Origin: Botryllus schlosseri
Lineage: Eukaryota
Reading direction: 5' to 3'
DNA: 64,000 nt
NCBI GenBank assembly: GCA_051294905.1
Contig: CM119372.1
Span: forward strand, 32,738,001 to 32,802,000
Within the stretch, counting starts at the first letter, position 1, and every line of letters starts with the position of its first letter. This document shows positions 22,682 through 35,472 of the stretch, piece by piece. A program made the position numbers and the translations under genes. The notes under the pieces are model-generated. The model made no database searches. It was given only the letters and a program-made list of their open reading frames with translations, and was not told the origin of the DNA.

Positions 22682-25251
22682 CAGAGGTGGTCAAAGTAGT
22701 CAAGAAGGCTACTCAAGTAGAAGTAGAAGTAGCGACGAAAAAATCTACTCAAGTACGAGTAGAAGTACTTCTTCTTCTTCCATAAGCAACCCAAGACTAC
22801 TTCAAGTAGAAGTAGAATTGACTGACTTTAAATCTACTCAAGTAAGTAAGTAGTTGTGAAAACGATCCTAATTCGTTCACAGGGATTGTCAAAAGCTGCA
22901 AATTGAGCTACGCGAAAGGTGCCGAGCTTGATTCATATTGATACATATCAGGAGGTATCCAACTTTCGACAGCATCCGTGCGCATCATGGGATGAAAATG
23001 ATAGTATTGATATGGAAATGGTATACTAATCCTCTGTTTTCACGAACAGCACGTTTTAGAAAATATCATGGTATGGCGCCCTCCCCCATATTATATGACC
23101 CGTAGTTTAGTCGAAGAACAATACGGGGAAGTTATATAGGATACGGTGTAAACACTTTGCGCGATTAGTAGACGGTAATAAAAAATATGGTGGACCGTAA
23201 AAATGCCATATTGTGTAGCTTTATTTCCGGAAATTAAAAGCATTGCTACACTTGCTTTTAGAGTTCAACATGTATGTTATCCGGACAAAGAACTGATATT
23301 AATTAGAACTCAAAGTATATGATACTGAGAATTGAAAGTGAAATATAAATACTACTTATAAAAGCGGAACATGTATTTCATCTCTTTAGTCCAGAAAGTT
23401 TCAAAGGTGGTATGCAGCACCGTAACTGCCGCACCCCAAACCCCCCAATTGGGGGGGGGGGGGCGAGCTCGAAGGGGGCCCAAAATTATTTCGTGAATTA
23501 GCATAAATCATAGAGAATTTTTTGAAAATTTATGCATCTTTTTTTCGCGCTGCGCGCGAATTCAAGTAGCCATTTATCTTTATTATTGGGTATTGGGCCA
23601 TTACCGCGCCACGACCCACCAAGACATACAATCAAGTTTTAGGCCATATAACATGCGACTCCAAGAAGTGTGCCAGAACGATCAGCAGCGAGAAAACCTT
23701 GGCCGAAAAGGTCTATGCCCTAGGTCTATGCTGACCGAAGAATTCGTTATATATACAAAATACACATAGGTTTAATTGTCCATAGGCGCCTAAATGACTG
23801 GCGCCGAATGTTCCTGTCTTTGCAATCTGAACCTCACAAGACAAATACCATCCAGCTGGGAAAAAATTTATGTCAGTGAAGAAATACCAATTTGAAATCG
23901 TGTGCGTCTCTTAGTTTAGAAGCCTACGTTTGGGCGATTCTACATTTGTTGATATAGCAGACTGGAAGTCACGAAATAACATCATGTAACGAAGTCATAT
24001 CAACGGGTCCGCCCGCCCGAAGATGTTTAATTATTATTTACGGGCCCTCCCGTTTTCAGTACACTTCACTCAGCTCTACCGGTAAATCTAATTACGTGAG
24101 TAGAGAGGACAATAAATTGATAGCATTATATATATGCAATCGCCGATCTGATTGACCGATTTTATCATAAATTATCGAAAATTTTCGCGCTTCGCGCTGG
24201 CTCACAATACAGTACGGATGATTTCGTGACAAACGCGAACAACGTGATGGGGGGTCGTTTATTCACCCTATGGGAGCCCAAGACCCACATTTGTGGGGGC
24301 CTGACGAGGTGCTGTTTCGTTCCTACCAACGGGTATACGCCTGAAGATGTTTAAATATTATTGAGTGGTCCTACCTTTTCAAACACACCTCACTCAGCTC
24401 TACCCGCAAATCTGATTTCGTGAGCAGAGAGAAGATAAAAAATGATAACAATATATGCAATTCCCCATCATACTGACCGATTCAATCATGAATTCTAAAA
24501 ATTTTCCGCGCTTAGCGCGCTTAGGCGACAAAAGCTGATTCACTAAACCAACTCCCAATGAATATGATAAATAGCGGTAAACAGTGTATCGACGGAGGGG
24601 GGTTTGGTTCGGTCTATAACCCTATGGGGGAGCCCAAGACCAAAGTTTTTTTTGGGGGGGGCTGACGAAGTGCTGTTACGGCCCTGGTGGTATGCTAGAA
24701 CAGCTCTAAAACTAAAAAAAGGTCAGAGTCCACTTTTTCGGATTAGGACACGCCATGGACATGCTATATTACGATCTGAAAAGTAAATGCTAGATTGCGA
24801 AACATCAGTTTCAAACGTTATGATGAGCCATATATATACTGTGATGAAATATTTCATATGGGCGAAAGGCGACAATGTGGCGTGAACGGAACCACGCCAA
24901 CCCGTTTCCTAAATTATATTCATCGATACTATCGTGAAATTATAGTGGTTACTCCGTATCCACTGTGCGCGAAGCGAGACAAAAATTCTGGGCTTTACTC
25001 AACTGTTATGAAAATTAAATGTTGATACTCAGTGAAAACAGCCCCGAAAACCTCCTGCAACCTTCCTGATTGGATGATTGAACTACTTCTACTTGACAAA
25101 CTGAAAATAGCGAAAAGTAAGTAAGTAGATCACAAAATAACACGAAGTAGAAGTAGCGAAAATCAGATGTACATGAGTAAGTACCAGAAGAAGAGGAAAA
25201 CTACTTGAGTACTTCGAAAAAGTAGAAATACTTCGTTACTGACCACCTCTG
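22682..25251. mobile_element. hAT MITE family B carrying a family A insertion
   Basis: Same TIRs as 18958-20266; perfect TSD GTTGTGCA. Confidence 0.9.
23415..24686. mobile_element. TIR element family A, nested, opposite orientation to 7699-9161
   Basis: TIRs CAGCACCGTAAC / GTTACGGCCCTG; perfect TSD GTGGTATG; single-copy empty site at 19712-19719. Confidence 0.9.
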
Positions 25252-25423
25252 GTTGTGCAGTGTGCAGGGGACGTATACACAATTACACATACACGTATAC
25301 ACGCCGGAAAGTACGGCAACAGCCAAAATTAGCAGCTTCACTACCACGTCATTTGATAACTAAGTTTTCCTGTGAAAAATACAATGATATGCACAGTGCA
25401 CACCTAGATATCCAGATATAGAT

Positions 25424-25679
25424 TGTTATGTTCGTGCATTTACGTTCGGTGTCGTAGAACTCTTTCTTTCTATAGGATTAGTAATTTCAGCCAATCATTA
25501 TTTCCTCGTGTGTCATGCTTGTATTTATACCCTGTGTTCTGTTGTCTCGTGGTCTTTCATTTAACTGAACTCTGGATCGTGTCGCTGCCGTTAAGTTATT
25601 CTGCTGTTATTATATACTGATTTCATATTGCAACCTCGTCGTATTGAGTTATTGTTCAAACAAGATCTAGAACATAACA
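25424..25679 (+). repeat. Isolated LTR of the same Gypsy family
   Basis: TGTTATG...CATAACA; homologous over its whole length to the reverse complement of 11174-11425. Confidence 0.9.
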
Positions 25680-25681
25680 AT

Positions 25682-25722
25682 TGGTGTCAGAAGTGGGATT
25701 CGAACCCACGCCTCCATTCGGA
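25682..25722 (+). other. Primer-binding site extended to 41 nt, complementary to the 3' end of mature tRNA-Leu
   Basis: Reverse complement is TCCGAATGGAGGCGTGGGTTCGAATCCCACTTCTGACACCA: variable arm, T-arm, acceptor strand and CCA of a Leu(CAA)-type tRNA, 2 nt after the LTR. Confidence 0.85.
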
Positions 25723-25727
25723 ACTAG

Positions 25728-27667
25728 CAGGGATGGTGTGAGCGTGAGGTTCACGTACGCGTTCTGTGTGTGAACCTCAGAAATTTAGAGGTTCACGTTC
25801 ACAAACGAACCTTGGTAGGTTCCGCACTGTGAACGTTTTTCATGTAGCCTATTACAATTTTTCACGTCATTATAACATCTTTGTTTTATATTCTTTGCAT
25901 TTCAACTTTGGACCTCTCTATGCAAGGCGCTGGCAGCATAAAAATATCAATACTAAACGAGCATGCACCTTGCTCGACTCGAGTCACTTCGAGAAAATGA
26001 CTTGACTTGACTCGTCGCCTCAGAAATATGGATTAACTCGTGACTCGAAGCGAAATGTCCGAGTAAATTTCAAGTCGTCAAGAAATCAGTGTCAACTACG
26101 TCAGTCTCCACACCCTTATATGATCTATGTAAGCAAACAACCATTTAACGATCGGTCAGCCTGATTTTTATCAGCCCCTATCGCTAAGTCTCAAATTAGT
26201 TGACCACAAACATACAGTGATTATGGCATATGTTGTCGTAGACTAGTAGTATTCCATCTATAGCAGTGTCTTTCTGCTCAGTGCTAAACTTAACGAAACT
26301 ATTTCATAATTACAATAGGACCGATATAGTAGTTTATATATTTATATTACTCGATAACCATTGGTGCAGGCTATTGTATTGATGTGGTGGAGGATTATGT
26401 ATTGCATCACATCAATTTGTTCTGAGGTTTCATTTTCAATTACCTATTCGGCGGACAGTGACTGACGTGGCCTACTTGTATGTTAGGGTTAACATACGTC
26501 CTTTCAAGAGAATTTGTCCTCTTTTTGCCGTTTTTTTTAAAGTGTCCTCGGATGAAGCCCAAATGTCCTCTTTTTTGCCATTCTGTCCTCTTTTTTGAGA
26601 ATGTTGTTTAAATATAGGGTAAAATCGAGTGAGATACAGGAAACCAGCAATGAAGTAACACTCCGGCGGCTACTTCGAGATCTGAGCCGGAAAGTTGACC
26701 TTTTTTTTAGTCAACCATTAGTTACCATTTTTTCAGGATTTTCCTCCGGTATTGCAAGTTTGAAAATTCTGAAAAAGTGTCCTCTTTTCAGATTTCCAAA
26801 ATATGGTGAACCTAATGTACCTAGTGAGCCATACAACGCCCCATTAAAGGTGTAATAACGCTTTATTCGTCTCTCGATTCATAATTATAGTAAATCAATC
26901 CGTACTTCAATCATCTTGCAAAATGAATTGGCTGGAATCATGGCCCGAACTTTGAAAATTCGACATGACTTTGTGACTTAACTCGAGTCACCTTCAAAAA
27001 TCGAGTGACTTGACTTGACTCGAGTCAAAATGTGCAATGACTCGAATTGACTTGTGGTACTACTCGAAGGTAGTGACTTGATCCCCGCAACACTGGTAGG
27101 TAGCCAACGAATGATGCTTATTCAACCAATCATTGAATTGATATAAGGAATACGTCGTTGTCTAATGTTAAAAAATCCAGCAGGCGTACGGGATCCATCT
27201 TGATTTGATAAGTTTATTGATTCATGAGAGCCAAATACGTGCCTGTAATAACTTGTTTATGGAATAATATTGGTAGCAAGTAAAGAAATCCGCTTTACAC
27301 CCTGCTCAATATCGATGTAGCAAAAGTCGGACGCCGAATACATTGTCTGGTCTGGCCTCGACCTTTAAGGCGTAAGCTTATATTCCTTTGCAAGTCCTCG
27401 TCGAAATTGTTGGCAAGCTGAGGAAGATACATTTGGTGAAGTTCGAAAAGAACAGTACGTCAGCATTGTGGCATAATGCGGCCTGAGTTGTCGCTAGGTA
27501 TCGTGTACAATGTATATTTATCTATCACTTCACAGACATGTAGGGTTGGAGTTGGTAATATGACGTTAAGTGACGTCACAAGGTTCACGTTTGCGTTCAC
27601 ACAGAACCCTTCAAGAAGGTTCGCGTTCACACTAACCTGAACCTTTTCGGGGTTCGCACCATCCCTA
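25728..27667. mobile_element. TIR element with GGTTCAC arrays, containing nested GAGTC-type (about 25975-27095) and family E (26484-26814) MITEs
   Basis: Ends CAGGGATGGTG / CACCATCCCTA; no clear TSD; nested parts match other copies in the window. Confidence 0.65.
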
Positions 27668-27754
27668 AATCCCTGACATGGAGGCCCGTGGATTAGGAAT
27701 CATGAATGGTATACTTAGATTTCAGTTAATACCCTGATTAGGCAACTATCTTAC

Positions 27755-27957
27755 CGTAATTTCAACGCAAGAGCCTTTATATTCGTCTGACGCAATTATC
27801 GAGCGATTTTTCGGGCCGAGAGCGTAAGAACCGACAATTTCATTCTTGTTTTTAGATTCCGCCACCCAAAATCCACCTGTAAAGGCACCTTCACACGCTT
27901 CCCAGTCCCATAAGTCTTTATTATGGCTCATGATACGCAGTCGGAATATGATGAAAA
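27755..27957 (-). CDS. NAT8/camello-like GNAT acetyltransferase, exon 3
   Basis: CTAAT branch-like motif and ACACAG acceptor (phase 1); encodes GGFWVAE...EIVG, typical of NAT8; donor GTAAGA (phase 0). Confidence 0.8.
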
Positions 27958-28040
27958 CTGTGTTGTCGGGGTAATTAGTCAGCTGGTTTGTGAATTTATT
28001 GATGTAGCAAATCCATAAAGATTGATATAGGCCTACTCAC

Positions 28041-28146
28041 CAACAAATACCATCAACGCGTTATTGAGGATGTGGATTACGACAAATGAGAGAACTCCTC
28101 CTTGTGCTAACGCAAAGCCGATGAGGGACATGAAACCCAAGAAGGC
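28041..28146 (-). CDS. NAT8/camello-like GNAT acetyltransferase, exon 2 (membrane segment)
   Basis: TTTTCAG acceptor (phase 0) and GTGAGT donor (phase 1); hydrophobic AFLGFMSLIGFALAQGGVLSFVVIHILNNALMVFV. Confidence 0.78.
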
Positions 28147-29608
28147 CTGAAAATTCAACATATATTTTAGAAAGATCTGGTACCATTCCAAATCGCGGTA
28201 CGTAATCCGATCAAAGGGCTTCTCCACATGTTGTACAGCAGGGGTCAGAAACTTTTTATACTCCGCGGAACGATTTCAAAATGATCCTTTTATCGCGGGT
28301 CGGTCTTTTAATATTCAAGGAAATGAAATTTGCCACTATCGAATTACTTATTCATAGCGGGTTTCTGCAGACTGAATTAACTCAGCTTTCCGTCATCATT
28401 ATCTAATCAAATATGATATCTATAACATAGTGTAGCATTCTAGTTGTGTTGAGATGGTATTGCTCAGTGAACCAGGGGCCGGGAACCTATGGCTCGCGAG
28501 CCATATATGGCTTTTTGATGATGTGATATGACTATTTGAAAAATTTTCTATTGTGCAGTGAATTCAAATCTTATTCATAGATTTGTTGTACAATTTCACA
28601 ATTGCCCAAGTCATTATCCTTTATCCTTGTGGTAGCAGAGACAAGTTCATGTGAGGTCAAGTTAGAGGCGTATCCACACTACACAGGGGTTTCAGGAGGC
28701 TAAGAACAGCCTCCTTCATTTTCAAATTTCTGAAAATTAGGACCAATATTGCCTGCTGATAATTGCTCATTTATTGGTTCAATATGATCATTTTTTTTAC
28801 CTATAATAGGTCAAATACGGTACGTTATTTAGGGGCCTACAACAGACAAATCTTATCCGTGGAGCTCGGTACAAAGTTTGTGTTGCAAAACAATATCGCT
28901 GTCGCGGCGGCGAGCAATATCACTCACGATCTCGTCGAACCCAACATTCGATGCCTTGAAATCTAGGATTGCACAGTATGCGTTGATTGGTCAGAGAATC
29001 AACGCAGATTTAAAAAGTCCACATTGTATACCTGATGATAGACCTGAAATGAACTTCTTTGGAACTTCCCAACAACAAATTCACTTTACAAACTGATATC
29101 TGATATTTCTCGCTTCCGATGAATCTTGCGCGTTTTGGAAAACGATTGGCAAATAACTCAATTTTCCACAGAAAAGGAGAAAAATAGGATCGTCGCATTA
29201 TTCGGTATAAGCACACAGCGCGCGTCTAATTACGAATGAGCGTTCATGCTGAGATATATTACGGATGGAAACAAGGATTCGAAAGTGAGGAGTATTTGAT
29301 CCTAGAAGGGAAGTGTTCGAACTTCCGAAACTTACCCCTGCCTAAGTCACGGCCAGTAACACACATGGTTTGATCAAAAAGTTTTTGTTCATTTATGTAT
29401 AATTGATCATCGCCACTGTTTAATACCCCCCTCTACACTGTAATTTAGTACACTTTTGGTTTTATTTCAATACAGGAGGTTAATAACTGTGCGGCTAGGG
29501 TGGTGTTTCAAAGGTTTTCTGATATTTGAGCATGCGACACTTGAACATGTGACGTTACAACTCAAACTCAAACCGGACCCTAAAACTAACCATATTGGTA
29601 CCCTAACC

Positions 29609-29630
29609 CAGGGCTATCTAGATATCCCTG
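29609..29630. mobile_element. 22-bp variant of the palindromic micro-insertion
   Basis: CAGGGCTATCTAGATATCCCTG; flanks CCCTAACC / CCCAATCC (6 of 8 match). Confidence 0.6.
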
Positions 29631-30467
29631 CCCAATCCTCGACCTAACTTTGACCCACGTGCATAAATGTCACCTGCTATTGTGTTGCATGCTCATATGT
29701 CCAGGGAATGTTTCAGCACCACCATTGGTATTCATTTCAGGAAATGGTGGTTTAACTGTGAAACAACCCTAGATTGCACACAGCACAGCACACACTCTCT
29801 ATTTTACAAGTTATTCGATATCTGTACTTCATATTCATGAGATTTACAGTGAAAAATGGATGATTATGCCATCAAGGTTGGCACACATGATGAATTTCAC
29901 AGTACAATTAGATGTAAACGATTTGAATGATTACATCAATGACCATGCGAGATTGTTGCCGATCGGGAATGCGTATACCAGTGGTTCTCAAACTGGGGGG
30001 CGCGAAGCTGCGGTCAACTGAAAAAAGTTTACCTCCAATTCATACTTGTTACTCTGTATATAGTCCGAATTTCATATTTGAGAATTATCTCATCAGCAGT
30101 CATAACCTTCCATGCCATGAAAACATCCGTTGGGGTTGCTAGCATTCTGTTTGCATTTTGTGATATTACAATAAGGGGGGCGTGAAAGTTTGAGAACCAC
30201 TGGCGTATACCGTAAAACCTGCTATTCTTTCAGAAATTCAATAGCGCGATTAATTCGAATTGTTATTTTATATACTTCCGGGGCCTACGATATTCGTATC
30301 GTAGGCTCCGATACTTCACTACGTAACATACTGGTAGTAGTGTATTACGAAGTGGAGCCATATTGGCCAAATAAAAACTAGTTCATAAAAATGTCGATAA
30401 ATATCCGACCCATACTGCAAGCAAGTCGCCTAATGTGTCGTTGAAAAGAGGAGATCGTTATCTAACC

Positions 30468-32221
30468 CAGTGGTTCTCAACCGCCGGTCCGTGACGACTT
30501 TCCAGCCGGTCCGCCAGGTATGTTACAACTTTATACCTTAATTTCAAGATGCAATATCTTGAGGGCTTTTCCATTGATAAAATAAATATAACACCAATTT
30601 TTAAACTGATTCAGAACTACATGAAAAAATAGGTCTGGAAACATGTTCGATTTGACTTGTAGTTCAAGCCGTGTCATTTGACGACATGCGAGCGACAAGT
30701 ACGAGCTGAGTCGCTAAACCGCGCAATTCGCGCGGTCATTCGTTTTCGATTCATTCATTTTGTGAAGAACCGTAGCTGCCGCACCCCGAACCCCCAATTG
30801 GAGCGGGGCCGAGCTTGAAGGGATCCCCAAAATTATTTTGTGAATGAACATAAATTATACAGTATCATTTGAAATTTTATTCAACCTTTGTCGATTTTTT
30901 CCCGCTTTGCGCGATTTATGTGGCTAAATGTGTTGATTATTGGGTGCCCTTCCTACAAGAAATACGCATGATTTATAAAAATAGGCATTTCGGCGTCAGC
31001 CATCACAGCGCCGCGACGCGCCAACACATAATGCAGTTCAGGCTAACATGGAACTCCAAAAAGTGTGCCAAAAATTCGTCATCGAGGAAACCTTGGCCTA
31101 AAACGACTGCTCTTTGTTGACCGTAAACTTCTATATGTACGTATATGTATATTGTCGATAGGTTCATAGACGGCTGACTCCTAATCTCACTGCACTGGCA
31201 ATCTGTACCCCACTGGACAAATGCCATATACTAAAGAGAAAAATTATTTGCCAGTGAAGATATAACTATTTGGAATCGTGTGCGTTTTTTACTTTAGTAC
31301 GCTTGGGTGATTTCAATATCTACTCATTAAATAACAGACAGTAGGTCTGGAAATAATGACATGCAATGAGGTAATTACTTCAACAGTCCCACCCGAATAT
31401 GCCTAATTACTAATTACGTGCCTGCATTTTCTAAGGCGACACCTCACTCAACTCTACCGGAAAGTCGGATAATTCTTAAAGTATAAAAAATTTATAGCAA
31501 TATATATGCAATTACCAATATTATTGACCGATTCAGTCATGAATTATGGAAAATATTCGCGCTTCGCGCGATTACCTTGCATCAACTCTATGCCTACACT
31601 AAGTAAAATGATTGTGCTCACAAATACACGTGAAAACATTCACCCAACTGTGATGTTTGGGGGGCGAAGTCCCCCAAAGTTTGCTTCATCACCCTGTGGG
31701 GACCCAAGACCAACGTTTTTGGACGGGTGGGCTGACGAAGTGCTTTTTCGGCCCCGATTTTGTGGACGGTCAGCTATAGCTGTTGCCAGGTGTTTTCGCG
31801 CGGCGCATTGTATTCGTAATAGTAGCCAGAGTAGCCCAAGTCTGGTGATAGTGGGCAATGAGCATGGTAACACGACAAAGGGCTTGGTTCGACTCCAAAA
31901 CGTCTTTTCTCTCGATATTGCCGAAGAGAAGAATATTATTCGAGTTAGCGTGCCCGGTAAAATCCATGACCTTCGGCGCGAAAGGCTGTAAACGACTCTC
32001 GGCGGTAGCACGTTTATTTGGGCAACGCAAGGATGCTTTCATGATCATAATTAATTACGATAAAACACCGCAAAATGTCACTCTTTAGCACCATATAATT
32101 GCAAACAACGGTTGCATACTTCACGTTTGAGGTTGATTTCAATTTTTGAAGGTCCACCGGCACGACAAATATTTTTGGAAATTTGACCGGTCTGCGAGGT
32201 GAAAAAGGTTGAGAACCACTG
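30468..32221. mobile_element. hAT (Charlie-like) element with nested family A copy (about 30766-31757)
   Basis: TIRs CAGTGGTTCTCAACC / GGTTGAGAACCACTG; inverted homologue of 44593-46633. Confidence 0.8.
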
Positions 32222-32379
32222 GTCTGATTACGCAATCGTACGGTAGATGCGAGAGAGGGCGTCTGGGTTCACGTCTTGTAAACACGAGAAATAGTTTTGA
32301 GTTAGCTAGACTCGTTGTATCAGAATGTTATAAAATCTGAACCTACTTTCGATCATATTTATTTTGTGAATATTCATTA

Positions 32380-33049
32380 CGCTATTGTTCTGGCTAAATG
32401 TACCCTGTTCAGCTCACTAAAGCGATTACTCCTTACTATCCCGCAGCCAACGACTAAACCAAATGAACGAACGAATATGAACTTTATTACCGAAGCCGCA
32501 CCTTTCTGTAGAAATAGTTATTGGTCATATTGACCACAAATTCCAAAATCTTCAGCGAAAAAAAAAACTCGAGGAAAGCCGTAGCAGGCGAATGGACAGG
32601 GTTTCATCGTGTTGCACGTTCATTTGGCTTTGTGAATGCTATCTTTGGCGTCTCTTCAGGGACAGTCTTTGTCCAAAGAAATGCCCTTTCAGGTGTCCTA
32701 GTTTTTTGTACTTTTTTGAATTCGATTTTGATAGCAATTGGAATTCGTTACAGGATCAGAACTCGCCTCTGTTTGAAGGGGTGTTGCTGCAGTAGTAGAA
32801 GACTCTGTATCCGAAACTGAACTATCGGCAACCACATCTTAAGTTCGAACATGTACTATAAAGAAATTATTACAAATTTTTATCGATTCAAGTATTTATT
32901 TGCTACTACTTACCATTTTCATCCGGTAGATCTTCATCTTCCTCTAGAGCAGCGTCCTCTTCTTTATCGGGCCAAATGTCTTCGTCCACATCATCTCTCA
33001 GTATCATTCTCATAACCTCATCAAATGGCACTACCCTATCTCTATCCAT
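32380..33049 (-). pseudogene. piggyBac-like transposase 5' remnant with an apparent 58-nt intron
   Basis: Acidic N-terminus MDRDRVVPFDEVMRMIL..., GTAAGT...TTTATAG intron at 32913-32856, then WTK...SPATAFLEFFFSLKILEFVVNMTNNY; several in-frame stops. Confidence 0.55.
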
Positions 33050-33093
33050 ACCTAAAACCTTCGATCTCTCAAACGAGTCAAAAATAACTAAGT

Positions 33094-34062
33094 GGTAGGG
33101 GAGATGTGGTACCGATGGATCAAAAATCGGAAAATGATCGCTGGCCCTAAAATGTTCAGCCGAAAACAACAGATCTTTTGCTGGCTCAGCACTTTGATAC
33201 AAGCTCTACCTATCGCGCACATATACATGAATATCCGTCTTTTCAAAAAATATTTATGGGCGTTCAAAATTTGTTGCTCGAACGTGTCATCGGTCCCCAC
33301 CCGGTGGGTCCAATGACACACGACCCGGGGACCTATGACACATATACCCTAAAAAACTCAAATGTAACTACTTTTCTTGCTCAGTATTATAATCTAAGCT
33401 ACAGCAAGCCAAAGAAGAATGTTTTGTCGCACATGTCAAAAAATAGAATAAATATTAACTCAAATGTTGTCATAAAATCGCGTCTCGATTTAGGCTCGGA
33501 CCTATAAATTTGAGGGTACATACATATTGTCCGAAAATCGACAGTGTGACTTCCAAATACCTCGTTATAGCGGTAAAACATCATATGCAATTATTACATA
33601 AAGATTTTCTGTACGTAGACATGTTTCATTTGTTTCATGATTAGTATGCATGATTATTTTGCTTGATTTGGCTATTGTATCATCGGTCCCCACCCTACGA
33701 ATTTTATACATGAATCGAAAAAAAGTCCACTCAAGGAAAGTACTGGGTGGGTGATAGGTGTCATTATATAGCCTGATACAAGTCCTACACTTCACAATAA
33801 AAATGATTGCTGTTTTGTTCGTGTTGAAGGTTACAAAGAAAAATGTATATGTCGATCTAAATTTAGCTTACACCCCCTAAAACAAAAATCATCTGTGAGA
33901 GACCCCATTGCTCGCGCACGTCGAATTTTTTTGTATGTGAGGAAAGATTTTGCCAGAATACAATTGTAGACAAGTTCACGGAGTGTAATCATAGAATTAT
34001 CATAGAGAATTTTCAAAGTATTTTCGGTCCCAGTGATCCATCGGTACCACATCTCCCCTACC
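33094..34062. mobile_element. Non-autonomous DNA transposon with perfect 29-bp TIRs
   Basis: GGTAGGGGAGATGTGGTACCGATGGATCA inverted at both ends; TAAGT on both flanks. Confidence 0.9.
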
Positions 34063-34835
34063 TAAGTCAGATACCAACTTCTAAATTGGGTATGTTTAGA
34101 CTAGAGAGTATGAACTGAGAGAGGGGAAAAGTATTGCGGAAAAGATATTATGGCATCACTGGAACCCTGTGTGAGTGAAAACAACTTTCCAGCCTGCATA
34201 CAAATTGAGATATACTTGAAAAAAGTGACCCATATCAGATATGATACGCAAACTTCGTAAGGGTTGAAAACTGACGCACCTAAAAATCATAATAAAAACT
34301 AAGAATACCAATGGCTATAATAAAAATAAGGGAACTGATGACGACATTGATGATCATTTAAAATAAGGAACTGAATGAGAATAAAAATCATAATTCATGG
34401 CACATTAAGCTGATTTCACATTTACTAGATTCAAGTCACTATAGATCGTGTATTCGGGATTTGAATCACGACCTATTTATATTCAGACAACCATCCTGCC
34501 GATAACTGCCAGTGCTCCAGCAATATATTGTGCTCATCTTGTTGTGGTATGCAACCGCTTGAGACAGCTGCTGTCGTAAATAATCTGGTAATATAGACCG
34601 ATTTCACCGAATATGCGCAGCACAATCGTACTAGTAGAGACAGTATTTCCAATACTGATCTAAACTTTACTAGTATAATCTATTGAAACCTCTTTCGATA
34701 AGGGTTTTTGTACTGCGGTAAAGTGAAATCATATCATCATATTATCTGCATGAAGTAACATACCGGTAATATAAGGCGACGATGCCCATCACCTTCGCAC
34801 TGAAGAAAACCGAATAATCTAATTGATTGCAGTAC

Positions 34836-34964
34836 CTGCACAGCCCAATGCGAAGCTATCATCCAAAGCAGCTTACGTCTCATCGGGTTGAATTGCGGCA
34901 TAATCATGGCGCGGATCGCAGGTAAGTCCGACATGCAGACTTCACGAACCCTGTATTCATCCAT
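34836..34964 (-). CDS. NAT8/camello-like GNAT acetyltransferase, exon 1
   Basis: MDEYRVREVCMSDLPAIRAM resembles the NAT8 N-terminus; CAG|GTACT donor, phase 0; the four exons sum to 657 nt (218 aa) without stops. Confidence 0.78.
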
Positions 34965-35472
34965 AGTTATTACCTCCCCTTCGTAGTAGCCCTGCGCACT
35001 CGTATCTACACGCGGTACATCCTAATGAACACGGCCAATCGGCTATCATGTGTGCAAACGGTACATAGCCTACCTCTCGCCCTCTATAAGGCATAGTAAG
35101 CTTTTGGTCGTGTGACTATAGTCATGTTTTCTCGAAGCAAACACAAAATGTGTAGAGTATTGATTTAAGAAAAATATGGCGCCGATTCATGTAAACTTAA
35201 TAATAGGACATAGGAGATCACGATAAATTGTAGTCCAGTGGTTCCTAAACCGTTAGTCCTTGGACCACAGTAACTTTTTGGTGTAGACGACAGATCTATA
35301 TCTGTAATATCACACAGTAAATTCCGGAAAAGTTCATTAGCACAGTTCGTTCGATTTACTATTCAACGTTATAAATTTATTGTAGTAAAAATCCATCGAT
35401 AAATCGAATCCCCCCGTCAGGTTGAAAGTGTTTGTCGCGACTGATCATCGGCAATTATTGTACTGTCTAGTG

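Noticed and set aside
18879..22853. Two similar ORFs ending VELTDFKSTQVSK
   Set aside because: Both come from the AAGTAG-rich left end of MITE family B.
25682..25722. tRNA-Leu gene
   Set aside because: Only the 3' 41 nt are present, CCA is encoded, and it abuts an LTR, so it is a primer-derived copy.
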